Of a stretch of DNA of 64,000 nucleotides, positions 40,978 to 53,739 are shown piece after piece (position 1 is the first letter of the stretch; each line of letters begins with the position of its first letter). The stretch is from Mobula birostris (taxonomy: Eukaryota). The stretch covers positions 18,556,742 to 18,620,741 of the forward strand of contig NC_092379.1 in assembly GCF_030028105.1 (NCBI RefSeq), written 5' to 3'. The notes under the pieces are model-generated. The model saw only the letters and a list, made by a program, of their open reading frames with translations. It made no database searches and had not been told where the DNA came from. The translations under genes and the position numbers were made by a program.

Positions 40978-41301
40978 CTTGAATGTTTTTCACATCCTGC
41001 CTGACACTGGTGTTGGAGGGGGGATGAGACACTGTGCATCTGAAAACTGAGTCTTCCTTCCACTCCTCTGTGCTCACGGTCAGGTCGTAGCTGGCAATGA
41101 AAGTCCCTGCCTGTTCCAGAGCAGTTGGTCTCACACTGGTGTTGGAAGAGATCAGAGAGTCCCCTTTCTCCCAGGTGGCGGTTATTTGTTCCGGGTAGAA
41201 TCCAGAGGCAACACACTCGAGGGTGACCGTGTTCCCACTGTTGGTCCCTCCCTCTGGCGGTGGCAGCAGTCTGACTTTGGGACTTTTTGTCTCCAGTGGA
41301 A
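40978..41301 (-). CDS. IgW: IgW duplicate constant exon CH4'
   Basis: Open 324-nt phase 1-1 exon with canonical C, W, C (TLECVASGFYP, TWEK, FRCTVSHP); about 61% identical to CH4 by manual count. Confidence 0.9.
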
Positions 41302-41384
41302 CTGATGGGCAAACAATGGAAATGTCAAACATTTTTACTGAGGTAACCAACGTTGTCCATTTTAATCGCTGACCTCTTGCCCAC

Positions 41385-41687
41385 CTTTGGTACTTTTTGT
41401 CCGTGCTGATACTGGTGAGGTTGCAGAAGGTTGTCGGGCAGAGCAAGTGTACTCCACCCCACTGGTCCACTCCTCCACACTGGTCTGGAGTTGGCTGATC
41501 ACTGTATCTTGGGTTCCTTCCTCTCTTGGTTTTTTGGTCACATTTGCTTTAATTTTCTCCCTCTCGTTCACTTTCCAGTGGATTTGGACCTGGCTCAGAT
41601 CAGCACCCACAATCATACACACCAGAGTAGCGGTCTGGTTGATCCACATCTCTTCAATGGAGGGATTTTGGATAAAGACGGACAACT
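41385..41687 (-). CDS. IgW: IgW duplicate constant exon CH3'
   Basis: Open 303-nt phase 1-1 exon (same length as CH3), ELSVFIQNP...LVC...HW...YTCSA...STK; about 51% identical to CH3 by manual count. Confidence 0.92.
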
Positions 41688-42924
41688 CTGTAGATGAGTA
41701 ATAGAAAACTTACAAACTGGACGATATCTATTGTCAGCTGGCTTGACAACTTCAGCTCAGACTTATCCTGAAGCTCAACTTGTACATAATTGTACAATGG
41801 GGTGAAATCAGGTTTGTCTGCAGAGTGGGTTTGCTCATCTCTGTTTACAACCTTTGAATGAGAAAACAAAATCAAACATCAAGGAGCTTCTTTCCTTGGG
41901 ACCCAGTTGGGTCACAACAGGGACTACAGGACAGTTGCCCAGCTACGTGACATTTAGCTGCTGCAATGCCAATCAAATGCACTATCAGAGCTGTCAATTG
42001 CAATGAGAGATGCAGTTTCTCATGAAAGACGACATTTCCTGAAATCTTCTTGTCTTGGAGCATGTGAGAGCCTGTAGATCCATTTGTGACATTGAGCTGA
42101 ATCAATGAGCTGCCTCATATCTGTTAGGACTGAGCCTGAGATTCCTCCAGAATGAAAATTCTGATGCTGACTTTCGAATCTCCCATGAAAAATCTCTCTT
42201 TTCATTTCTGTAACTTGCCTGCCCTAGTCAATGATCTCACTTTGTTCCAGTTGTCCTATTCACTTCATCTATTTCCATCTCTACACTTTAAACCTCCCTG
42301 CCATTCTATTTCCTGTGGAGTCTGCTTTTCACTTGCTGGACACTCATAGACATGGCTTTGTGTCCCATCATCCACATCATTAGTAATATCAGTGAATAGT
42401 TGCAGGGCGGACAAAGATCATTGCAGGGCACTGCTCACGATTAAATCCTGCTGAGTTCAGTCCCCTGTCACATGACACAGTGATAATGGAGTTGTTGATG
42501 AATGATTGCAAACAATTTCAGTCCATTAGTCTACAGCAGATCCAGGCATGGTGTGGGGCAGCCACCTCAGGCCAACATCGGGCAGTCACTGGAAGAGCTG
42601 AGCGCCGTGATCAGTAAACACGAAATAGCACACCCGGATATGAACCAGGACATCTTGAGGAAGTCTCTGAACAATGACCACTCACATATCTCCTGTGGAA
42701 CCAGACGAGCCAACACTTGACCACTGTGATACCACCATCAACAACGGTTACCGTGCCAGCACATGGCCACACTTTGGTAAGGCTGATCACCTGGATGTAC
42801 TTCAACTCCCAGCATATAGGCAGAGACTAAAGACCACAGCGTTGGTAGCAAGGACCAAGAAGATATCGTCAAGGAAGACAGAAGTGCGCCGACAGGACTT
42901 TTGAGTTGGTGAACTGGATAATAT

Positions 42925-43925
42925 TACTGCACAACAATTTTTTCAAAAATGTTGCTTCCTCAGAGTTTTTTTATTTATGATAGACTGCTTGAAGATGAAC
43001 ACAAATATAATTTCAGACTACTTGGATCACGTAGGAATTTGGAGAAACAACAAATTAACTTTTATTGAATATAATGTGTTTAATTGCATAATGGTGCTGA
43101 TGCTTTGCAATAGTTCAACTAAGATGAAAATATTTTGTTAATGATTTTCATTTGTGCTCAATGTCTGCGGCTTCTTGCTTAACTGTCCAAAAATAATCCA
43201 CCAGCATTGATGGATTCCAGTTGCCCTGATATCTTTTCTCCATGACCGCAACGTCCTGGTGAAACCTCTCACCATGCTCGTCACTAACAGCACCAAGATT
43301 TGCAGGGAAGAAGTCTAAATGGGAGTGGAGAAAATGAATCTTTAGTGACATGTTGCATTTCAAGGTTTTGTATGCTTGAAGCATGCTTTCAACCAGCTGC
43401 ATGTAGTTTGGTGCTCTATAGATACCGAGAAAAGTTTCAACAACTTCCTTGAATGACTTGTGATTTTCTCCGGTCCCACTAGAAATTCTTCAAATTGCCT
43501 GTCATTGATGACCTGTTTGATTTGTGGACCAACAAAAATGCTTTCCTTAATCTTGGCATCAGTTATTCTGGGAAGCATCTGTCTCAAATATCAAAATCCT
43601 TCATAGAAATGTTTGTGCCTGGTGATAGCAAATTCCATCCTTACAGTCCTGAACCCAAAAATTATTACTAAAACCTGTCCTGCCATGCAGCAGCCGTGCC
43701 GCCTAAGCATGCCCAAGCATGCCTGGACAAGATAGGAATCTTTCCAGCTTACATTGTAGGCAACATTTTAATTGACTTGAATTATGAATTGAAATAATAA
43801 ACATAAGTGACTTCAAAAAATGGTGCGTGATAGGGAAATTTCATGATGATTTTCATGATCGGTAGCCCAAAATTCAAAAGATACAGCTAAAGGTATTCAG
43901 GAAGCAAGATCTTTGTTGTCCAGTG
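42925..43925 (-). mobile_element. Internally deleted Chapaev(3)-type DNA transposon
   Basis: Transposase C-terminus DAKIKESIFVGPQI and MSLKIHFLHSHLDFFPANLGAVSDEHGERFHQD; TIRs TACTGCACAACA and CACTGGACAACA; TAT duplication at 42922-42924 and 43926-43928. Confidence 0.8.
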
Positions 43926-44169
43926 TATTCAGAGACTTATCTTCAAATCGGAATGAATATGCCACAGTTGTCACCAACTTTGTCAAACCCTGTGTGGATA
44001 AGTGTGTGCCTTCAAGAACATACCGGACATACCCAAAGCAAAAGCTGTGGATGGACCAGGAGATTTGTAGTCTGCTGAGGGCTCGATTTATGGCAGTCCA
44101 GGCTGGTGATCTAGCATTAGACAAGAAGCCCAGGTACGACCTGCGGAAGGCTATTTTAAGAGTGAATAA

Positions 44170-45015
44170 ACTCATCTTGGTCAAGATGATGCCAGAATGC
44201 AACCCTCGCTCGGTCAACCTCTTCCAGATTGCTCATGAAGATATCCTTTTTTGGTCTTTTATGTCTGTTTTTCTCCTTAAATATGTTTCTGGGACTGTTA
44301 GAGTTAGAGACTGCGATTTTGATTGGAGATTGTTTCAGTGATCCAGTACCTTGCTGACTCTGAGAAGATTCTGAGCATGTACTCAGATCACCTCGATGCA
44401 ATGAAACTTCAAGACAGGGTGCGAGCCGACGATTGACTCCATTTCGCCATTTAAAGCATTCATTAAGCGAGTGAACGTTTTGGCGCCGATGCCTGTCTTT
44501 TGATCACTGCTGGAGATGGATTCTGTGAGCGGCCTTTTGCTTTGTGTCTTGCTGTGACAGGCGGGTCGGCCTCTCTGCCTCGTGTGGTGTCCCTCTCCTG
44601 TCTTTCAATGAATGTCGGTGATATCGGAGATGGTATTGTGGTTCTGTATTTGTGGATTCGACTGTTGTGTTTATGGACTGTGGACATTTTCAGACTTATA
44701 TTCTGTGTTTTTTATCGCCCGTTCCTTTTCTGTTTTGTAGTGTGACGGGAGGGTGTTTGGGGGTCGGTGTTCTGTTAGCTTTTTGTGTGGGGGAGGGGTT
44801 GTTTTGTGGGGTCGGTGTTACTGTTCTGTTTTGTGAAGGGGGGTATCGGGGGGGGATTGATGATTGGGATGCCATTTTTGTCAGTGGGGGGATGGGGTGA
44901 GTTTCATGTTTCTCTCTGAACGACTTTCATGTTCTTTCTTGTTTTCGTGGCTATCTGGAGAACACAAATTTTAAGTTGTATGTGGATACAGGCTTTGATA
45001 ATAATGAACCTTTGT
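44170..45015 (+). mobile_element. Non-coding retroelement 3' segment (Rex1-like tail) inserted in the Rex1 copy
   Basis: Ends GTTGTATGTGGATACAGGCTTTGATAATAATGAACCTTTG; related tail at 54110-54165; host Rex1 sequence resumes at about 45016. Confidence 0.6.
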
Positions 45016-47099
45016 ACAATTCCAATTGAACTTAGTGAAGGAATCAGATACCCTTCAGCTCTGGCAGACTTTTCAGGCCATTACTTCCTACAAGGTGAAA
45101 CCTAACAACATGAATGGCAGTGATGCTTCATTCCCAGATGAGCTGAACACCATTTAAGCACACTTTGAAAGGGAGAATGAAACTACATGTGGGTGAATCC
45201 CTGCAGTGTCTGGTGACCCTGTCATCTCTGTCTCGGATGCCAACGTCAGAGCAGCTTTCAAGAGGGTGAATCCTCACACTGAATCAGGCCCTGATGCTGT
45301 GCCTGGTACGGAATTGAAAACCTGTGCAACCAACTGGTGGGAGTGTTCAGGAACATCTTCAATATCTCACTGCTGCAGTCAGAGGTTCCCATCTGTTTCA
45401 AAAGAGTGAGAATCATACCAGCGCCCAAGAAGAGCAGGGTGAGCTGTCTCAATGACTATCGCTCAGTTGCACCCACATCTACTGTGAGGAAATGCTTTGA
45501 GAGGTTGGTCACGGCCAGAATCAACTCCTGCTTAAGCAAGGACCTGGACCCCTGCAATTTACCTGTTGCCACAATAGGTCTACAGCAGATGGAATCTGAC
45601 TGGCTCTCCACTCGGCCTTGGATCACCTGGACAATAACAATACCTGCTGAACATCAGGATGTTGTTTACTGATTACAGCTCAGTGTTCAACACAATCATA
45701 ACCTCAGTTCAAATCAACAAACTCCAAAACCTGGGCCTCCAGACCTCTCTCCACAACTGGATCCTTGACATCCTCACTGGGAGACCACAGTCAGTGTGGA
45801 TCTGAATGAGCATCTCCTCCTCACTGACAATCAACACTGGAGCACCTCAAGGATGTGTGCTTAGCCCACTGCTCTACTCTCTCTGCACCCACAACTGTGC
45901 GACTAGGTAGAACTCAAGTGGCGTTTATAAACTTGCTGATGAACTATTGTGGGCAGAATTTCAGGGTGATGAGGAGGCATACAAGAGCAGGATAGAGCAG
46001 CTGGGTAAATGGTATCACAATAGTATCCTTGCATTCAATGTCAGTGAGATGAAGCAATTGATTGCAGACTTCAGGAAGGGTAGGTTGTGGGAACACACGT
46101 CAGTCTTCATTGTGGGATCAGCAGTGGAAAGGGTGAGCAGTTTCAAGTTCCTGGGTGTCAATATTTCCGAACATCTATCCTGGGTCCAACTTATTGATGC
46201 AATAACAAAGAAGGCATGGCAGTGGCTATATTTTAATTGGAATTTGAGTAGTCTGGGTATGTTGCTAAAGACTATCGCAGATTTCTATAGATGTACCATG
46301 GAGAGTATTCTGATTGCATTACCATCAGGAAAAGCTGCAGGAAGTTGTAAACTCAGCCAGCTCCATCATGGACACCAACTTCCCCAGTATCAATGACACC
46401 TTCAACAGGCGATGGCTTGAGAAGGCAGCATTCGTCATTAAGGTCTCCCACCACCAAGGACCTGCCCCCTTCTCATTGCCACTTTCAAGCAGGAGGCACA
46501 AGAGCCTGAAGACACACTCAACATTTGAGGAACAGCTTTCTCCCCTCCTAAATGGACAATGAAGCCATGAACATTACCTCACCATTTTTTCTTCGTTTTG
46601 CACTACTTATTTAATTTATTTTTTATATTTACTTCATATAGGAATTTATTGCTTTTTATTATTAAGTATTTCAATGTACTGCTGCAGCAAAACACCAAAT
46701 TTAATGACAAATGACAGTGATATTAAAGCTAATTCTGATTCTGGTCGAAGAGGTTGGTCACCATGGACTCAAAATCACCAACCACACCTCACGTCTGTAC
46801 TTATGAAATACTGTCTCTCTAAACATACCAGCATTGTGGAATACTCACAATGATACCTTTTTGTATTTCCTCTATTCATCTTTGATTGGTAACACTGACA
46901 CTTACACACACTAATCCTCTCATTGGGATGACCTGGGAGGAACATGTGTTCTCAGTCACCATCGGGAAATAACGTCTAATCTCTGACCCAACAATAAAGC
47001 TGCTGTGTTTGACTCAAGTGAGAAATACAAAACACTTTACACTGAATCAGAACTGGTGTCAGGGTTCCAGTCGCTTGAGCACAAACTGTGTGTGAGGAG

Positions 47100-47730
47100 T
47101 ACAAGAATACAAGAGCAAGAATGTGATGCTGAGGCTTTATAAGGCACTAGTGAGGCCTCACCTTGAGTATTGTGAACAGTTTTGGGCCCCTCATCTTAGC
47201 AAAGATGTGCTGGAATTGGAGAGGGTCTAGTGGAGGTTCACAAGGATGATTCCAAGAATGAAAGGGTTATCATACTAGGAACGTTTGATGGCTCTGGGTC
47301 TGTTCTCACTGCATTTCAGAAGGATGAGGGGGGATCTCATTGAAACCTTTCGAATGTTGAAAGGCCTAGACAGAGTAGATGTGGAAAGGATGTTTCCCCA
47401 TGGTGGGAAAGTCTAGGACAAGAGGGCACCCCAGCCTCAGGATAGAGGGGCGCCCTTTCAAAACAGAGATGTGGAAAAACTTCTTTAGTCGAAGTGTGGT
47501 GAATTTGTTGACTTTGTTGCCACATGCAGCTGTGGAGGCCAAATTGTTAGGTGTATTTAAGGCCGAGATTGGAAAGTTCTTAATTGGACATGGCGTCAAA
47601 GGTTACGGGGAGAAGGACAAGAGCTAGGGTTGAAGAGGAGAAAAAAAATGATCAGCCATGATTGAATGATGGAGCAGACTTAATGAGCCAGATGGCCTAA
47701 TTCTGCTGCTATGTCTTATGGTCTTAAGGT
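47100..47730 (+). mobile_element. CR1 3' fragment
   Basis: PMVGKSRTRGH...; CTTATGGTCTT tail. Confidence 0.9.
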
Positions 47731-48349
47731 CTTTTGGAGTTCCGCAAAATGTTAGGCATGTCGTGGATCACGTAACGTGTTCTGTGTCCTGCATAGAGTA
47801 AGGGTGATTTTGTTGAGACACACTGAGGTTGAGGTCCTGTTCAAAGGGCACCGACACCAATGATTCCTTTGAAGACCTCCCTATGTCTCTTTCTAGGTCT
47901 GTCTGTCTCTGCTTTAGCCACTCAGATTGTCCTCTGCCTTCTCTCTTCAAACATTCACACAGTTTTTTTATTTGCATAGTTCTGATCTCATCCTTTGTCT
48001 CTTCTTGCAATTCTCTCTGTCTCTGTCTCCACTGAACTCACAAGAAGAAAAGAAAACAGGAGAAAGAGTAGACCACCAGATTCCATGCTCTGGGCTGAGA
48101 TTTCTGGGGATTCGTTCCCTCTGAGAGAAGAAATTTCTCTGCACCTCAGTTTCAAATGTCTGGCTCCTTATTTCGTAACTATGTCCCCTTGCTTGTGACT
48201 CTCTGATGGGTGACAATCTCTCAACATCAACCCTCTTGTGCCCCTTTTGTATCTGAAATGTTTGAGTCCAGAAATCCTGGATTCTTCTCAACTGCAAGCA
48301 ATGCAGACACTGACAGTCTGGCCTCGGTCACTGTCTGACAGTCACTTCA

Positions 48350-50950
48350 GTTACAGAGACAGGCCCTTTGGCCCATCTAGTATTTAAACTGCCTAGTCCC
48401 ATTGAATTTCACCTAGACCATAGTCATTCATACCCCTCCCATTCATGTACCTACACTCCAAATTTAGCCTCAGGAATGTCTTATACAACTTCAACATTAC
48501 ATCCAATCTCCTGTACACAATACCTAGATTTGTGAAGGCCAATTGCAACACATCTCACTTAAATTCCATCTGACATTTTTCTGCCCATTGAGTCATAAAG
48601 AAGTACAGCCCAGAGACAGGCCTTTCAGCCCATCTAGTCATTGCTGAGCCATTTAAACTGCCAAGTCCCATTGACTTGCACCCAGACCATCGCCCTCCAT
48701 ACCCCTCCCATCCATGTAACCATCCAAACTTCTCTGAAACATTGAAATCGAGCTTGCAAGCACCACTTGCTCTGGGAGCTCATTCCACACTCTCATAAAT
48801 CTCTGAGTGAAGAAGTTTACCTCATGTTCCTCTTCAACATTTCACCTTTCACCCTTAACCCATGATCTCTAGTTGGCGTTCCTCCCAACCTCAGTGGAAA
48901 AAGCCTGCTTGCATTTACCCTATCTATATCCTTGATAATTTTGTATACCTCCATCAAATCTCCCCTCAATCTTCTACGTTCCAGGAAATAAAGTCCTAAC
49001 CTATGTAATCTTTCCTTTTGACACAGTTTCTCCAGTCCTGGTAGAATCCTTTTAAACTTTCTCTGTACTCTTTCAATCTTATTTACATCTTTCCTGTAGG
49101 TTAGTGACTGCACACTGTACTCCCAAATTAGGCCTCACGAATGTCTGATACAACTTAAAGATAACTTCCCATCTCCTGTACTCAGAACTTTGATTTATGA
49201 AGACCAATGTGCCAAAAGTTTTCTTTATGATGCTATCTACCTGTGCCCCCATTTTCAATGAGTTATGAACCTTTGTTGTACTGCAATCCTCAGTGTCCTA
49301 TCGTTCACTGTGTAAGACCTACCCTGGTTGGTCCTACCAAAGTGCAAAACCTCACGCTTGCCTGCATTAAATTCCATCTGCCATTTTACCATCTGGTCAA
49401 GATCCCACTGCAAGCTGTGATAGTCTTCCTTGCTGTCTACTCCACCTCCCAGTCTTGGAGTTAATTACAAATTTGCTGATCCAGTTAACTATATTTTCAT
49501 CTAGATCATTGATTCAGATGACAAACAACAATGGACCCAGCACCAAGCCCTGCGAAACTCCATTAGTCACAGGCCTCCAGTCAGATAAGCAACTATCTAC
49601 TACCATCTGTGGCTTCTCCCACAAAGCCAATATCCATTCGAAATTACTACCTTATCTTGACATATCTGTAGAATCCTAAAGGATTCTCCTTCACTTTGCC
49701 TGCTAGGGCAACCTCATCCATTCTTTTATCCCTTCTTATTTCTTTCTTAGGTGTTTTCTTGCATTTCCTATACCCCATAAGTACTTCATTTGTTCCTACC
49801 TGCCTGACCCTGCTGAGACTTCCTTTTCCTTCTTAATCAGGGCCTCAAGATCTCTTGAAGACCAAGGCTCCCTGAATCTGTCATTGTTGCCTTTTAATCT
49901 GACAGGCACATACAGCAATGTGCTCTCAAAATTTCATATTTGAAGGTTTCCCACTTACCAAGTACGCCTTTGCCAGAAAACAGCCTGTCCCAGCTCACAC
50001 TTGCCAGATCCTTTCTGATACCATCAAAATTGGCCTTTCTCCACTTTAGCATCTGAACCTGTGAACCAGATTCATCTTTTTCCATATTTATTTTGAAACT
50101 AATTGCATTTTGATCAGTAGATGCAAAGTGTTCCCTTACACTATCTTCTGTCAGCTGCTCTGTCTCATTCCTTAAAAAGGCATGAAGTATTCCACACCGT
50201 CTTGTTGGGACCTCTCCGTAATGATTAAGGAAACTTTCCTGTGTACATTTCACGAGATCCATCCCTTTTATAGAATGGGAGTTCAAGTCAATATGTGGAA
50301 AGTTGAAATAACACACAATCACAACCTTATGTTTTTTGCAGCAGTCTGTGATCTCCCTACAAATTTGTAGCTCTAAATCCTGCAGACTGCTGGGTCGTCT
50401 ACAATATGGCCCCATGAACAAGGTCATACCTTTCTTATTCCTCATTTCCACCCATAAAGCCTAACTAGAGAAGTTCTCCAGTCTCTCCTGACTGATCACT
50501 GCTGTGACAATTTCCCTGACTAGTAACGCTATCCCTCCTGCACTGATGTGTCTAAAACAATGGAACCCTGGAATACTGAACTGCCATTCCTGCCTCTCCT
50601 GCAGCCAAGTCTCACTAATGTCTACAGTATCAAATTCCATATGTTGATCTATGACATGAGCTCATTTGCCTTTCCTACAATAATACTTGCTTTGAAATAT
50701 ACGCAACTCAGAACATTACTCACACCATGCTCAACTGTTTAATTCCTGACATCTGTCTCCACAACCTCTCCACTATCTGTCCTGACTCTCTGGTTCTCAT
50801 ACCCTGCAACTCAAGTTGCATCCCCCACCCCCGCCATGCAGCACAAGCAAACCTTTCCGTAAGGATATTAGTCCCACTTCACTGCAGATGCAAACCATCT
50901 GCCCTGACAGACAGACGTTTAACTGCGAAGTTGCAACAGAACAGTTCCCA
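48350..50950 (-). mobile_element. Degenerate CR1 ORF2 fragments, including the endonuclease
   Basis: Minus ORF 49894-50451 (GPYCRRP, YFNFPHID, NWRKANFDGIR-like) and 48817-49113. Confidence 0.85.
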
Positions 50951-51482
50951 ACAATGACCAGGTGAGGAGCAGCGAGGTTAGTGGGAACAAGGAACCCTCA
51001 TACAGTGATCCGACATCTTCAACACTGATATGACATTTGGTCAGTGGTTTCAACTCTGAACTCTTCGTCAGATGGCCGTAGGTTCTAATTTCTCTGACCA
51101 TTAGTTGACAGCTGATCACTGGGACTCATGATGCAGGAAGGGTTTAGACACGATAGATACAAAGACACCTATTTCTCCCCGAATGTGCGCCACCTACCAC
51201 ACCACATGTTGAAGGTTCCTTGTTTCCCGTCTCCAAAAATCACAGCTAGAACATTTTCAAATCATATTTATTGAACTTGGATCGGTACATTGACACAAAC
51301 AAAGATTTATTACATTGTGCAGTCCCACACAGGGTTGAAATCCATTCAATCATGGCAGAAGAAGGTCTTAGGATGTACGTACAAACTCAGGGATTTGAGG
51401 TGAATCATGTTTGTTCCTTAATTTGGTTCTTGATCATAATTTCATTCTTAATTATTTTAAAAGGTCTAGATTTTAAACATGT

Positions 51483-51488
51483 TTTAAT
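51483..51488 (-). terminator. Candidate polyA signal of the long secreted form (ATTAAA; an AATAAA also lies at 51267-51272)
   Basis: Hexamer about 80 nt after the CH6 stop. Confidence 0.45.
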
Positions 51489-51566
51489 CAGCTAAATAAT
51501 CCTCTGTTATAATTAATAATCATAAAACTAACAAAACTGGGGTTTCATGGTTTGAATCACACAGTA

Positions 51567-51952
51567 TTACACACAAGATTTAAAACTATCAGTCAGAATG
51601 AGTGAGACATTGACCAGGGTGGGTTTGCTGTGAGATTTATTGATGCTTCGGAACAGGTTGGTTGGGAGCGACTCATGACCCACCACACAGGAGAAAGTGG
51701 TGCCACTATTCCACTCCTCAGGAGAAACCTTCAGCTGACTGGTCATTGTGTTCCAGCCATTTCTGGGGTCCTTGGTCACTGGCTGATTCACAAACCCTGT
51801 CTTCAGAAGGGTGTCATTGACCATCCAGGCCACATAGATCTCAGTGGGAGAGAACTTGGTGACCAGGCACATCAAGGTCACAGTCTGATCGGTGACTACC
51901 TCATCCGATGAAGGGGGAAGGAGGTAGACATGAGGACGAGTCACAACACCAC
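51567..51952 (-). CDS. IgW: IgW CH6 plus secretory tailpiece
   Basis: tgttccag|GT GGT...; PHVYLLPP, TLMCLV, VAW, FSCVVGHESLP; tailpiece KPTLVNVSLILTDSFKSCV* with N-glycosylation site and penultimate Cys. Confidence 0.97.
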
Positions 51953-52605
51953 CTGGAACAGAGAGAATCTCAGTTAGAATGAATCTTACAATAATTCCCT
52001 ACGTATCCAACACATTCTGGTCTTGCATCAACATGAACAATTTCTAAATCTGAGAGGTTTCACTTTATCTGAAACTAAAGGCTTTTCCCTTTCAGCTCGT
52101 CGTTGGGATTTGTGGAGTGGAAATCTTGAACCTGCTGCATTTTACAGCTTCCAGCGAGGTTAGTTTATTCAATTTAATCAACGGGAGTCACTGAACACAG
52201 CAACTCGACAGAAAGTGGAACTCAGCCCCTGGACTTGCATTATCCTGTGCTGTTTGTTCCATCTCCCCTGGAGCAGGGGTGGCAGTCTAAGCTGTGTACC
52301 TGTGAGAGGGAGTGAGAACCTGTGGAACTCTTTCCCACAGAAAGCACTTGAAGACATCATCTAATATATTCAAGAATGGGTTGAATATACTTCTTCGGGT
52401 GAATGGGTCAAAGGATACCTGGAGAAAACAGGGAAAGGGATTGAATTTGGATGATCAGCTGAGACCAGATTGAATGGTTGAGCAGATTGAGAGACCCAGT
52501 TACCTGCTCCTGTTCTCATTTTCTATAGTCTATCACAGTGCTGGATGTTGATAAATCTGTCCAGTTGCTAAGATCAGACTCACACTGAATTCTGTCTGCA
52601 CGTAC

Positions 52606-52926
52606 CTGAGTTCTTCCTGATGGATTTCTTCACTGGTGTTGGCAAACTCTTGTCCTCTATCACACATGAGTACTCAGCCCCACTGTTCCACTCTGCAGCA
52701 GGGACTGTCAGTCTGCTGGTGATCATGTCTTCACCTCCGTTGCTGTCTGGACCCAGAATCCTCACCCCATCTTCCCTCTTCCTTCCGTCCACCTGCCAGA
52801 TTACACTGAATCCCTGTAAATCACTGTGAACCACCTCACACAGAATAGTCGCTGTCCTCTTTGTCCAGACCTCTTCGAAGGAAGGTTTGCTTAAAGTGAC
52901 AGAGGGGCGGGTGTCTGGACAGTCAT
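52606..52926 (-). CDS. IgW: IgW CH5
   Basis: ttctcccag|AT GAC TGT...TCA G|gtacg; DDCPDTRPSVTL, ATILCEV, IWQVDG, YSCVIEDKSLPTP. Confidence 0.95.
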
Positions 52927-53739
52927 CTGGGAGAAATGTCACAATTATTATTTTACCATTCCCCAATGGACGAATTTCTCACTGACAAGACCAGCATTTC
53001 TGTTCATCTCTGGTCAACGATTTGCCAGTCCCATCAAGACGAGATGAGACCAATCTACATTGGTGAAGAAAGGAATCTCCCCTTTTGAGCAGACAGGGTA
53101 AACACCATGAGGGAACGTAAATGAACAAGATTGGCCCTTACATTGTTTTTGCAGTTTCATAGTCACTTAAACTGTTCCCAGATACTTATTAAAACAAATA
53201 CAGAAAATCCCCAGTATTTCAGAGTGTGTCGGTGGCACAGGAAACAGAGCAAAGTTTCACATGAAAATCTTCCAGAAAATACACTTCATATTTCAAAATT
53301 TATGAGAAATATTTAGTTTCTGTCACAAATATTAAAATACACTCTTTTTCTCTATAAGGTGTAACGAAAATTTGCTGCTGCTTTGTCAGAACATTGTGTG
53401 TTCAAGCTGCCCTCCAGAGGCTTCTACACATTGTCCAGGCTGACTATTCCCACACAGGAGCAGAGGGAGAGCTGCTCTGCTGGAAATTCAGTCACAACTG
53501 AGACACTGATTGGAGGCATGGGATAATGTTCAAAGGCAGATGGAGAGAACATTTTGAAGCCGCGTATCAGCGATTTCCAGAGTGCCTGTCCAGTGAAATG
53601 GTCGGGATTCTCCTCCAGTTATGAAAGTATTTTCTGGGATACTCTTATTTCTGTGGTGGAAGTGTGGATTATGTTGGTTGAGAGTGGAAAACAAACCCAT
53701 GATTGGCCGTTTTAAGTGCTAAGAGTGATTAAAAAGATG

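Larger units (their letters stand above)
42500..46745 (+). mobile_element. Rex1/Babar LINE (endonuclease end, RT, 3' UTR) with two nested insertions
   Basis: TLDHC...PHFGKADH; VPICFKR..I.P.PKKSRVSCLNDYR; FKFLGVNISEHLSW; 3' UTR ending TTAAAGCTAATTCTGATTCTG. Confidence 0.85.

Noticed and set aside
47970-47977. Perfect octamer ATTTGCAT as a B-cell enhancer
   Set aside because: A single 8-mer is expected by chance in 64 kb, and there is no motif cluster around it.
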